A DNA stretch of 46,819 nt, taken from the IMG/VR virus record IMGVR_UViG_3300049172_000218, positions 1 through 46,819 of that record; one strand, written 5' to 3'. The notes beneath the pieces are model-generated. The model was not told the origin of the DNA. It ran no database searches and saw only the letters and a program-made list of their open reading frames with translations. Every line of letters begins with the position of its first letter. Positions within the stretch are counted from its first letter, which is position 1. The position numbers and the translations under genes are program-made. The DNA comes from a virus. Its lineage: Duplodnaviria; Caudoviricetes. This document shows, piece by piece, positions 34,687-43,461 of the stretch.

Positions 34687-36364
34687 TTCTGATATCCAAT
34701 TAAAGGTCACCACCAAAGCTGATAACTCCGGTCTAGATGAAACCGAATCTCGGCTAGGCAGGCTAGGCAACGCTGGCTCGAAACTCGCCACCGCAGGCAA
34801 GGTGGCTGCTGTTGGTCTGGGCGTCATCGGTAGCGCAGCAATAGCTGCCGGTGGATTCGCACTTAACGCCGCCTCTCAATTTGAAACCATGAATGTGGCC
34901 CTGGAAACGGCCTTCCAAGGCAATACCAAGGCGGCTAAGGATGCAGGAGAGGCGATCACTGCCTTCGCCGCTAAGACGCCCTACGAGCTCGGTGAAGTCA
35001 TGCGTGGCTTTATCAAGCTCAAGAACATGGGTCTTGATCCTTCTCAGAAAGCTCTGACTGCCTACGGCGACACTGCTTCGGCAATGGGCAAGTCCCTCAA
35101 TGACATGGTCGAAGCGGTCGCTGACGCTGCCACTGGCGAATTTGAACGACTCAAAGAGTTCGGTATCCGTGCATCGTCCCAAGGCGATCGAGTCAGATTC
35201 ACCTTCCAAGGGGTCACAACTGAAGTCGGCAAAAACTCAAAAGAGATCGAGCAATATCTGATCAAACTCGGACAAACGAAATTCTCAGGCGGTATGGAAG
35301 CCCAAAGTCAAACCCTGGCTGGAAAGCTATCCACTCTCGGCGACACTTTCTCGCTGACCATGGCCAAGTTCGCTGAGGATTCCGGCCTGATGGAGGTGGC
35401 CAAGCAAGCGCTCGATTTAGCTTCAGAAACGATCGAGAATCTGCCACAGCATCTTGAAACGCTGGGAAGTGCGATCCAGACAGTCGGCGAGCATATAAAC
35501 GACTTCACCGGCTGGGTCAACACCAATCGCCAGGCAATTGAAGCGACTGCGGCCGTTATTGGGTTTGCGCTGCTTCCTCAAATGGTTGCGATGGCTGGTC
35601 GGCTGGTTGCTAACACCGCCCTGTGGATTACCCACAACGCCGTGGCCTTGGCAGGCGCGATCGCCCAGAGCTACCTCTTTATTACTTCGGGCTGGCAGAC
35701 GGTCGGGGTATTGGCCGCCCAGGGAGTGCAGCTAGGTATTTCCACTGCTGCCTGGATTGCTAATAACGTGGCGACCGGAGCCGCCTTTGTCCTCTCCGGG
35801 CGAATGACGGCTGCCTTTGTCGCCAGTCGCCTTGCCATGTTGGCTGGAGGCACGGCAATGGGCATCCTGACTGCCGCCCAATGGGCACTCAATGTGGCGC
35901 TTAGCGCAAACCCCATTGGATTGATCGTCATCGCCGTTGCGGCACTGTCTGCAGGGCTCATCGTCATGGCTGGCAACTGGGACAAATTCAAGACTGCCGC
36001 CGTCAATGCCATCAAACCGGTGATCGACTGGATTTCCAACCTGGTTGGTTGGCTCGGTAAAGTCACTGGCCTCAGCGGCACGGTAGACACATTTAAAAAC
36101 ATCGGCAAACAGCTCAAGATTCCAGGCTTCGCTCAGGGCACCTCCTATGCGCCCGGAGGCATGGCGGTGCTTGGTGAGCGCGGTCCTGAGCTAGTCAACC
36201 TGCCAAGAGGCAGCCAGGTGGTACCGGCCGGACAAACTCAGACCATGCTCTCCCAGGCTCGCGGACTCGTCATTGAGAACTTCAATATGGTGGTCAATGA
36301 CCAGACCGATTGGACGTTTGGCCTGGAGCGACTAGATAGCACACTATCAGCGAGGCTCGGCTAA
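34667..36364 (+). CDS. Tape measure protein
   Basis: FAAKTPYEL, AVADAATGEFERLKEFG, AQWALNVALSANPIGL, GFAQG...GERGPELV.LPRGSQV. Confidence 0.9.
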   Translation: MALLGNNSDIQLKVTTKADNSGLDETESRLGRLGNAGSKLATAGKVAAVGLGVIGSAAIAAGGFALNAASQFETMNVALETAFQGNTKAAKDAGEAITAFAAKTPYELGEVMRGFIKLKNMGLDPSQKALTAYGDTASAMGKSLNDMVEAVADAATGEFERLKEFGIRASSQGDRVRFTFQGVTTEVGKNSKEIEQYLIKLGQTKFSGGMEAQSQTLAGKLSTLGDTFSLTMAKFAEDSGLMEVAKQALDLASETIENLPQHLETLGSAIQTVGEHINDFTGWVNTNRQAIEATAAVIGFALLPQMVAMAGRLVANTALWITHNAVALAGAIAQSYLFITSGWQTVGVLAAQGVQLGISTAAWIANNVATGAAFVLSGRMTAAFVASRLAMLAGGTAMGILTAAQWALNVALSANPIGLIVIAVAALSAGLIVMAGNWDKFKTAAVNAIKPVIDWISNLVGWLGKVTGLSGTVDTFKNIGKQLKIPGFAQGTSYAPGGMAVLGERGPELVNLPRGSQVVPAGQTQTMLSQARGLVIENFNMVVNDQTDWTFGLERLDSTLSARLG

Positions 36365-37254
36365 TGCGGCAACTCTTTCTCTCAAAATCAAGCAACCCGG
36401 AGGTCGAAGTCCAGATCCACGACTATCAGCACAACCCACTCGGTCTGTATGCCAGAACGCCGCTCAAAGGGTTCTTCAGTCCCTCAATTCGCTATGCGGG
36501 CCAGGATCGATCCGGCGCCCATGGCCATATCACCACAGGACAGAAGTACGGCGCCCGAGCGCTGCCCATTCGAGGCTTTATCAACTCTGACAGCTTGACT
36601 GCCTTTAGCCAAGCGGTAGAGACACTGAGCAACATCCTCACCCTTGAGCAAGACAGGTACGGTCGACCCATTCCCATGATCCTGCGCTGCGTCTCCGACA
36701 CCGGCGTCGAGTACACCATTAACGTGGTGCTCAAAGAGGAACCAGAACTGCCAGAGGAATATATGCTGAGTGGCGAGTTCTACTTGCCGCTCCAAGCCTC
36801 AGCCCCTCTCTTTCGGCAACTCCCCAAAATCACCAGCAGTCAGCTCACCATCAGCCAGAATCTAGGAGCACTGCTGCCGGCATGGGTCCCGTTTCGCTTA
36901 GGCACCGTCCATGGCTCGCAGCTCAATCTCTACAACAATGGCAATGTGCCCGCTCCTCCCCTTCTGACCCTTGTCGGACAGCTGACTAACCCAGTCATCA
37001 TCAATAACACCACCAACGAGTACTTCAAGCTCAACTACACGCTCACCTCCGGCCAGACCGCAACGATCGACATGGAACAGTCCGGAGAAGCCAGGCTTGG
37101 CAATGTGGCCTCGATCAACAACTTCCGTGCTGCAGGATCCGTGGCTTGGTCATTGGCGATGGGTATCAACAACATCGCCCTGCAGACCAGCAACTCCTCA
37201 GACGACGGCTATGTTCAGATCGACTATTACAACCTACGGACCAATCTACGCTAA
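36364..37254 (+). CDS. Distal tail protein (Dit-like)
   Basis: Follows TMP; YGARALPIRG, NNGNVPAPP, GQLTNPVI, GINNI. Confidence 0.75.
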   Translation: MRQLFLSKSSNPEVEVQIHDYQHNPLGLYARTPLKGFFSPSIRYAGQDRSGAHGHITTGQKYGARALPIRGFINSDSLTAFSQAVETLSNILTLEQDRYGRPIPMILRCVSDTGVEYTINVVLKEEPELPEEYMLSGEFYLPLQASAPLFRQLPKITSSQLTISQNLGALLPAWVPFRLGTVHGSQLNLYNNGNVPAPPLLTLVGQLTNPVIINNTTNEYFKLNYTLTSGQTATIDMEQSGEARLGNVASINNFRAAGSVAWSLAMGINNIALQTSNSSDDGYVQIDYYNLRTNLR

Positions 37255-38306
37255 TGGGACTCTACAGACTTGAACTCTATGACCGATACGGAAACTTCCT
37301 CTTCGACATCTCGGACAAGGTGGGCAAACGCCGCTGGGTGCGATCGAGAAACGCCTATGAGGAATTGGAATGGACCATTCCACTCAGCGAATTCAATGGA
37401 TTGTGCGGGGACAATGGCAAGAGCCCCAAGGAGGTAATGAAAAGGCACGTCACCCAGGTTGTGCTCAGGCGAGGCGATCACAAGCGCCTGCGAACCTTCG
37501 TCCTGGATTTTGACGTCGATGTGGTGAATAACTCGATCCAAGTCACCTGCCCGGGCATGTTGGCCAAGTTTGACCGCAGGATAGTGACTGATTATTTCCA
37601 GGAATCCATTAACCCGGCTCTGGCCGCCAAACAGCTCATTGACGCCAGCCAGCTCAAGCCAAACGGCAATCTCTACCTCACCACACTCACTCCGGCCAAT
37701 GCCCCGACTCGGCAAGTGACCTTCAATGACAACCGAATATCCGATGCAGTGCTGTCTTTGGCCAATGACGGCGACAAAGGCTTTGACTTCGAGTTCACGG
37801 TCGACAATGAGTTTCGCACCGTGCTCAATATGGGATCTGACCGCACCAACCTGGTGCTGCAGTATGGCTCTCCCAACGCTGTCATCGACGGTCTGGTGAT
37901 CTCCCACCGAGGCTCACTCATGGCCAACGAAATCACCGCCAAGGGATCCGGCAGTGGTGAAACCGAAGAAGTGATTCGGGCCGTCAAGCAGAACGATGTC
38001 AGTCAGACAGAGTATGGTCTGCTACAGAAAACCATCACTCCCAACGATGTGACCGAGACGCCAACCCTGGAGCGCCACGCCGTTTCCGAGCTGGAAGTTG
38101 CCAAAGACGGCTTGGAGATTCAGGTCATCACTGTCAGGAACGATCCCGTGATCAGTCTCGACCGGATAGACATCGGCGATCGCTTCCGGCTGATCATTCC
38201 AGGTAGCGGACTGGAGTCGATCAACCAGGTTGTCAGACTAGAGAAGTTCGAGTGCACCATCACACCCGAGGACGAGGAGGTTCTAAAACTCTATGTCAGC
38301 AAATAA
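37254..38306 (+). CDS. Baseplate hub/Tal-like minor tail protein
   Basis: Follows Dit with TAATG coupling; GFDFEF, MANEITAKG, SQTEYGL, DIGDR. Confidence 0.7.
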   Translation: MGLYRLELYDRYGNFLFDISDKVGKRRWVRSRNAYEELEWTIPLSEFNGLCGDNGKSPKEVMKRHVTQVVLRRGDHKRLRTFVLDFDVDVVNNSIQVTCPGMLAKFDRRIVTDYFQESINPALAAKQLIDASQLKPNGNLYLTTLTPANAPTRQVTFNDNRISDAVLSLANDGDKGFDFEFTVDNEFRTVLNMGSDRTNLVLQYGSPNAVIDGLVISHRGSLMANEITAKGSGSGETEEVIRAVKQNDVSQTEYGLLQKTITPNDVTETPTLERHAVSELEVAKDGLEIQVITVRNDPVISLDRIDIGDRFRLIIPGSGLESINQVVRLEKFECTITPEDEEVLKLYVSK

Positions 38307-38799
38307 AGCAGAACTGCTCGGTAGCACCACTGAGCGAAAAATTATCGAGCACGATAAGGCACTCAAAGGGCTCAAGGTGAGGCAGTACATCTCATCTGAC
38401 TCACTCGACTTGAAAGCCACCCAGCGCTATTTGGTTCATCTCCAAAACGGCCTTGGTAGCTTCACGATTGCCGCCGGGGAGACCATTTATGGCAGCTTTG
38501 GTGGCGCGGTGCCTGCTGATGGCAAGCTCGGTATCCCGTTCCCCATGTTCAACTTCTACGTTGATGTTCCGGATGATCCAGACTATTACTGGTTGAACGG
38601 GGCACAAATAGCAGGATCGGGAAGGAGAAAGCTCATTTACGGCTGGAAATACAGCAGCATCAATTTTAATGGCCAAGATACTGACGAGCCAGGACGAATC
38701 CAGATCGACTGGTGGATTAAAAACGAAGACACATCGTCTCATGAGTATTGGATAGAGTTGTATTGGATGACAACGTTTGTTATCGACCACTTCTCCTAA
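38293..38799 (+). CDS. Minor tail protein
   Basis: Overlaps Tal stop; short N-terminal coil followed by aromatic-rich beta domain. Confidence 0.6.
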   Translation: MSANKAELLGSTTERKIIEHDKALKGLKVRQYISSDSLDLKATQRYLVHLQNGLGSFTIAAGETIYGSFGGAVPADGKLGIPFPMFNFYVDVPDDPDYYWLNGAQIAGSGRRKLIYGWKYSSINFNGQDTDEPGRIQIDWWIKNEDTSSHEYWIELYWMTTFVIDHFS

Positions 38800-38851
38800 A
38801 GAATATACAAACCGTCAACAAGCTGCTATGCTAAAACCATAACTACTTATT

Positions 38852-39886
38852 ATGTCTCGATTAGTCCATGCCCTTACAAGTAACTATGTTTCTGCCGTTG
38901 GATTAGGCCAATTGTCAGGCCGTCTCCTCTCGGAAGGTGTCCTTGGTCTCACCGATATGGTGACGACCGAAAAAGGCACCGGCTCCAACATGTCTGTTGA
39001 TGTGTCACCGGGCGCCTTGATCCTGCACAATCCAGCCGGCTACGGCCACATCCTCTTCTCCACGGCCACCGAGAACGTCCCTATCGCTACAGCCGATGCA
39101 CTCAATCCTCGCATCTCCTTGATCGCAGCCGTACTTGACATCGACTTTACCAACCCCTCAGCGGACGACGCCGAAGGCGGCTGGGAGTTTATCGAGGTGC
39201 CAGGGTCCGCAGCTGCTGTCCCTGCTGCCCCAGACGACACCGCCATCCAGACTGCTGCCGGAGCGGGCAATCTTTATCAGGTAGTCGCCAGCATTCTGGT
39301 TCCCGCCAACACGCCCGATATTGAAGACGCGGACATCACCGATGCGCGCGTCTTCTCCTCTATCAGTCAGCACTTAATCGCCAACAGCTCGATCACCACT
39401 GACAAACTAGATGACAACGCGGTGATACCGAGTAAGATCGCGAATCGCACAAGAACGGTCTACGCGTGGCTCAACGTATCGGCAGGTGGCGTGGATGGAG
39501 CCTACACTGGAGCAGTGTCGCTTCTCGCCGATGAGACAACCAGGCAAGCGAACTTCACGGCGATCATGCCTAAGGACTGCGTCACCGGAAGCGGAACGCT
39601 AAAAGTCTGGTATTCCGTCGGTTCAACCGGAACAGTCAATATCTCCCTCTATGTGGGAACAAAAGATCCAAACACCGGATCTGGTCACGTAACGGACGAA
39701 TTCAACGGTACCTCTTTAACCATTCCGGCTGCAGCAGCAAACTCACTCTATACCGCTGATTTTGCGCTGACCGACGTAGCCGCCGACAAATACGTAGGTG
39801 GCTCTATCGCGCGACGAGTTGGTGACGCAAATACAGGAGAGCTTCGTATTCACGCGGTCGGCGTCGAGTACACAGCGGACAGCTAA
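38852..39886 (+). CDS. Minor tail/receptor-binding protein
   Basis: MSVDVSPG, VPIATADALNPRI, ITDAR baseplate-anchor-like N-terminus; SITTDKLDDNAVIPSKIA; upstream TGcTATGCT at 38824. Confidence 0.65.
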   Translation: MSRLVHALTSNYVSAVGLGQLSGRLLSEGVLGLTDMVTTEKGTGSNMSVDVSPGALILHNPAGYGHILFSTATENVPIATADALNPRISLIAAVLDIDFTNPSADDAEGGWEFIEVPGSAAAVPAAPDDTAIQTAAGAGNLYQVVASILVPANTPDIEDADITDARVFSSISQHLIANSSITTDKLDDNAVIPSKIANRTRTVYAWLNVSAGGVDGAYTGAVSLLADETTRQANFTAIMPKDCVTGSGTLKVWYSVGSTGTVNISLYVGTKDPNTGSGHVTDEFNGTSLTIPAAAANSLYTADFALTDVAADKYVGGSIARRVGDANTGELRIHAVGVEYTADS

Positions 39887-39889
39887 TAT

Positions 39890-40396
39890 ATGCCTAAGTC
39901 ATCTGCCTCACCATCCACTCTAGACCGCCTCGATGAGAGGATCGCCAATCTTACAGACCTAGTGGCTGAGTTCCGGACGGAATACAAGGAAACCACCAAA
40001 GACATCCGCCTTCGCCAGGACGCGAACTTTGGCGAAGTCAGCCGGAAGCAGGATGAGCAGTTTGCTGTCGTCATCAAACGAATCTCGGATATCGAAACCT
40101 GGAAGGCGACCGAGATCCAGCCTACCCGGATCATGAAGTGGGATTCCGCCGCCAAGAAAGTTGACGACTACCTGGACGACCAACACGTCGTCAGACGGGA
40201 AAAGGTATTTAAGGCCGTTGAGGCCCATATGGATGACAACGGCAGGATTGAGAATCTCTACTGGCTGACGCGCTCCAGGGATCGGCTCGGTTTCCTGCTT
40301 GCCGTCGTCAGCACCGTGCTTGGTGTCATATCGGGATTGTTTTACTGGCTTCTGGACAATGTCATTCTGCCATTTTTCAATCAGAAAGGAGGGTAA
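39890..40396 (+). CDS. Lysis-cassette membrane protein (coiled coil plus C-terminal TM)
   Basis: RLDERIANL...; LGFLLAVVSTVLGVISGLFYWLL; coupled to endolysin. Confidence 0.6.
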   Translation: MPKSSASPSTLDRLDERIANLTDLVAEFRTEYKETTKDIRLRQDANFGEVSRKQDEQFAVVIKRISDIETWKATEIQPTRIMKWDSAAKKVDDYLDDQHVVRREKVFKAVEAHMDDNGRIENLYWLTRSRDRLGFLLAVVSTVLGVISGLFYWLLDNVILPFFNQKGG

Positions 40397-41244
40397 TGTC
40401 ATTACCTGTCACATGGGTGGGAGCTTCAGACAACTACACGCCAGGCCGAACACAGCCGGTCGACATGATCGTCATGCACTGGATGGTCGGCACCCTTCAA
40501 TCGGCTGACGCTACCTTCACTAACCCCGCCCGGGATGGTTCAGCTCACTACGGCGTCAATGGCCAATCTATCCACCAGTACGTCAAAGAATCTGATACTG
40601 CCTGGGCCAATGGCCACCGAGATCCTAAGAAAAACACCAATCCTCGGTCTATCTCCATCGAGCATGAAGGCGGCTGGTCCATACCTGGTGGACGATTCAA
40701 GCCGTCGCCCGAGACCCATGAGATGTCGGCCAGGCTGATCGCTGACATCGTCTCACGCCGACCGAATATCAAACTCGACCGTAACCATATCAAGAAGCAC
40801 AACGAGGTCTCAGACACGGGTACGGAGTGCCCTGGCTCGCTTGATGTGGATTGGATCATTAATCGCGCAAAACAATTACTAGGAGGACAGGATATGGTCA
40901 TTATTGTCAAACCAATTCAACCAATCATCGCCGAGGTCAAAAAGGGAATTCCCCTCTTTGACATTACCACCGGCAAAGAAATTACCAAGAGTGGCAACTG
41001 GATGAGACTGACCCAGAAAACCAACATCGTGAACGGCTCGACCTACTACATTCCGCATGATCGAGCAGATAAGGGTGAAGTGTTTGGCTTCAAAGAGGAA
41101 GAGGTGTGGGCCAAAGGCAACACTGTCAACGTCGAGCCATCCCCTGCCAATCCGACTCCGGCCGATCCAGTGATCGTCGAGAAGGCACGTAAATTCGATG
41201 AAATTGTCAACCTGTCCCGCTCTCTTCGCGGCCTGACAGAGTAA
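40396..41244 (+). CDS. Endolysin, N-acetylmuramoyl-L-alanine amidase (Amidase_2)
   Basis: IVMHW, SAHYGV, QYVKESDTAW, SISIEHEG, KHNEV...TECPG. Confidence 0.92.
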   Translation: MSLPVTWVGASDNYTPGRTQPVDMIVMHWMVGTLQSADATFTNPARDGSAHYGVNGQSIHQYVKESDTAWANGHRDPKKNTNPRSISIEHEGGWSIPGGRFKPSPETHEMSARLIADIVSRRPNIKLDRNHIKKHNEVSDTGTECPGSLDVDWIINRAKQLLGGQDMVIIVKPIQPIIAEVKKGIPLFDITTGKEITKSGNWMRLTQKTNIVNGSTYYIPHDRADKGEVFGFKEEEVWAKGNTVNVEPSPANPTPADPVIVEKARKFDEIVNLSRSLRGLTE

Positions 41245-41259
41245 GGAGGTGATTAATCA

Positions 41260-41523
41260 ATGGACATAAATCCACTTTTTGTGTTTGCGCTCGCTGGCAT
41301 AGCTGAACTATATCGGCGCTTGGTACACCGCGACTTTGAAGCAGCCGGTCTCATAACCGTCTGCGCGATCGCAGGCGCCATCCTTGGCCACTTCGTCACA
41401 ACACTCGGCATGGATTGGTTCACGGGTCTGTTAGGAGGCTTTACCGCCTCTGGCCTGATAACCGTCGTTGGTGCTGTACGAGGCAAGAGCGCCCCTACCC
41501 CGACAACGCTGACAGAGCGCTAA
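41260..41523 (+). CDS. Putative holin
   Basis: 87 aa, 2-3 hydrophobic helices, AAGGAGGT RBS, follows endolysin. Confidence 0.7.
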   Translation: MDINPLFVFALAGIAELYRRLVHRDFEAAGLITVCAIAGAILGHFVTTLGMDWFTGLLGGFTASGLITVVGAVRGKSAPTPTTLTER

Positions 41524-41525
41524 AC

Positions 41526-41561
41526 AAAAAAGCCCCCGGTTACATTCGGGGGCTTTTCTTT
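41526..41561. terminator. Bidirectional terminator ending late operon and leftward operon
   Basis: AAAAGCCCCCGG-TTACAT-TCGGGGGCTTTT. Confidence 0.88.
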
Positions 41562-41594
41562 ATCCCAGATCTTTTGAAGGTAGGGGATCACATG

Positions 41595-41747
41595 CTACTC
41601 ACCTCCTTTCGGTTCCCGTCTTTTGTAGGGGAACCAGACGATCAGCGATCGAACGTATCCGACCACCCCGATGATGCCAAAGACTGCGCATACCCAGAGA
41701 AACCATAGCGGACCAGTTTCCAGCTCTCCCCCGTCTAGTTTGATCAT
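41595..41747 (-). CDS. 50-aa single-TM protein
   Basis: AGGAGGAGG RBS; MIKLDGG...WFLWVCAVFGIIGVVGYV. Confidence 0.55.
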   Translation of the reverse strand: MIKLDGGELETGPLWFLWVCAVFGIIGVVGYVRSLIVWFPYKRREPKGGE

Positions 41748-41895
41748 CGTCCTCCTCCTGACCCAGAAATGCTGGAATCGGTAGTAGTAATCCCCACACA
41801 ATGCACACTCCGCCAAATACCAGAAGCTGATTAACTGACGGCGGGATGTTGACGAACATCCAATCCACTGCAGTTGCAATCCATAGCTCGATCAT
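41599..41895 (-). CDS. Small membrane protein (C-terminus overlaps next gene)
   Basis: ATGA coupling to upstream gene; LLVFGGVCIVWGLLLPIPAFL. Confidence 0.5.
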   Translation of the reverse strand: MIELWIATAVDWMFVNIPPSVNQLLVFGGVCIVWGLLLPIPAFLGQEEDDDQTRRGRAGNWSAMVSLGMRSLWHHRGGRIRSIADRLVPLQKTGTERR

Positions 41896-42224
41896 GGCGT
41901 TGACCGAATCCTTTTCAGTGCCACGGAATAGAATCCCTGGGCCTGAGTGCAGGTATCAAATGGCAAGTGATGGGGGCGATCCGTCACGCCGTCGCTCTTG
42001 GTCAGAATGACGATCCATTTCTTGGTAAAGGGATCAAGGTAGGGTCGTCTCACCGCTTTATCGCTGAACTCGCGCCTTTGTGGTATTTGGTGCGAGATCT
42101 TCTGGCGCCGGACTCTTTGACCCACCTCTTTGCGATCCTGATCTTGCCTTGCCTCTACCGCGGCCCGCAGGCGGCCTAGAGCCGCCTGCAAGTCATCAAA
42201 TGCCTGTTGTGTGTTCTGGTCCAT
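41892..42224 (-). CDS. Hypothetical protein
   Basis: GAGGAG RBS before ATG 42224 (MDQNTQQAF...). Confidence 0.6.
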   Translation of the reverse strand: MDQNTQQAFDDLQAALGRLRAAVEARQDQDRKEVGQRVRRQKISHQIPQRREFSDKAVRRPYLDPFTKKWIVILTKSDGVTDRPHHLPFDTCTQAQGFYSVALKRIRSTP

Positions 42225-42357
42225 AGCTCTTACTCCTCGTGTGCAATCCATTAAGTTGCTGACTGGCTCTGCGCTGCCGCAGGGCCCATGCCCCATAGAC
42301 GCCGAGACCGATTAGGTGAAGCACGATTATTCCGAGAAACAAATGCAAGATGTTCAT
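42196..42357 (-). CDS. 53-aa single-TM protein (not in ORF track)
   Basis: MNILHLFLGIIVLHLIGLGVYGAWALRQRR...; starts 3 nt after the upstream stop. Confidence 0.55.
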   Translation of the reverse strand: MNILHLFLGIIVLHLIGLGVYGAWALRQRRASQQLNGLHTRSKSYGPEHTTGI

Positions 42358-42360
42358 GGC

Positions 42361-42993
42361 TTAGAAGGGGATATCGCTTGGACTCACATCCTTGGTGTGC
42401 TTGGCTGGATCGACCGGCTCGTCATCTACCTGATCTGCTGCTTCTGGGAAAGATGCAGTGACGGCGTCTTTGGTTTCTGGGGTGACTGCGGGGGCTGTGG
42501 CAGGCTGAGATGAGGAGGCAACGGCCAGGTTTCCAGCGGCTTGGAGGAAGTAGAGTTCAGACAGAGCAAACACTTTCTGTGGCTTGAGGAACTCTTTGGC
42601 TTCTGCTAGACCCTTTTGCTTGTCTTCGGCAGCATCATAGGTCATACGAGCGACGGCGATCATGATGTCTGTGGCGTGGCCGAGCGAGTTCTGGCGAATG
42701 ATTGAGGCTGTTTCTTCGGGACTGCGTTGGTAGCCACCACGCCCGCCTCCACCCTGTCGGTCTTCCTTCAGTTCGATACCAAACTTCTCACTCTGCGTGA
42801 TCGTTCCATTGATCTCGTCGCCTACAACTGGTGCTGGCTTTTTTGCCGATCGAGACATCTTGGCGAGGGTTTGGGTACCGGCCTCATCGGTGACGGCCAC
42901 CTGGTACTCGACCATTGCGACTTCTTCTCCGTCGCGTCCGTTGAATGTGTAGTCGCGAGCTTTGCTTGCGAGGGTTACTTTATACTTTGCCAT
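42361..42993 (-). CDS. SSB-like/ssDNA-annealing protein with acidic DIPF tail
   Basis: OB-like N-terminus, Gly-rich linker, SIIRQNSL helix, C-terminal SDIPF; AAGGAG RBS. Confidence 0.65.
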   Translation of the reverse strand: MAKYKVTLASKARDYTFNGRDGEEVAMVEYQVAVTDEAGTQTLAKMSRSAKKPAPVVGDEINGTITQSEKFGIELKEDRQGGGGRGGYQRSPEETASIIRQNSLGHATDIMIAVARMTYDAAEDKQKGLAEAKEFLKPQKVFALSELYFLQAAGNLAVASSSQPATAPAVTPETKDAVTASFPEAADQVDDEPVDPAKHTKDVSPSDIPF

Positions 42994-43038
42994 AATGATT
43001 AAACTCCTTAGAAATATAGTAATTAATGCTGGAAAAAT

Positions 43039-43215
43039 TTACCCAAGTGGGATCCAGTAGTGCACCAAGACATAGGCGGTTGCGATACCGACCAAAGTCA
43101 GGACACCGACAACGCCTTCTGTATCTTTCTTGATTCGCTGCCATCGCGACAATTTCTTGTGCTTTTTAGCATTGAATAGTACTGGTTGGGGTAAACGAGA
43201 AGATCGTGACCTCAT
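43039..43215 (-). CDS. Small basic protein with C-terminal TM
   Basis: AAGGAGGT RBS before ATG 43215; VVGVLTLVGIATAYVLV. Confidence 0.6.
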   Translation of the reverse strand: MRSRSSRLPQPVLFNAKKHKKLSRWQRIKKDTEGVVGVLTLVGIATAYVLVHYWIPLG

Positions 43216-43258
43216 AGCTGACACCTCCTTTAGGGGTTATTAGTGATTGAACATATAC

Positions 43259-43287
43259 ATAATATACAGCATATATTTAATTGTCAA
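43259..43287 (-). promoter_or_regulatory. Near-consensus leftward sigma70 promoter
   Basis: Minus strand TTGACA-17 nt-TATTAT followed by GTATATGTTCAATCACT. Confidence 0.85.
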
Positions 43288-43375
43288 TAGACTAGTTTAG
43301 GAATTGGGGTATTGCCATATATACTGATTCTATGCTTTGATTAATCCATAACCTACTTGCCGTCAGGTGTATAAT

Positions 43376-43461
43376 TTGAAATAGGTCGAAAGACCGAGTC
43401 TAATCTCAGACTATTCGAAGACCCCTCCACCTGGCGGCAAACCAAAGGAGGGGTCTTCTTT
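43376..43461 (+). promoter_or_regulatory. Structured 5' leader sequestering the RBS
   Basis: TATAAT 43370-43375; GGTC-GAAA-GACC; GAAGACCCCTCC/GGAGGGGTCTTC 12-bp stem covering GGAGG, then TTT-ATG. Confidence 0.65.

Noticed and set aside
18618-37907. Long antisense ORFs (e.g. 18618-19247, 21682-22326, 30679-31272, 37251-37907)
   Set aside because: Shadows of well-supported plus-strand structural genes.
38293-39886. Diversity-generating retroelement targeting tail genes
   Set aside because: No reverse transcriptase and no adenine-variant TR/VR repeat pair seen.
4509-43056. Avoidance of GGATCC as support for BamHI specificity
   Set aside because: About ten GGATCC sites were noticed by eye (e.g. 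near 4510, 4603, 5313, 8765, 21096, 28375, 31730, 37135, 37944, 43049), roughly what chance predicts, so there is no depletion signal.
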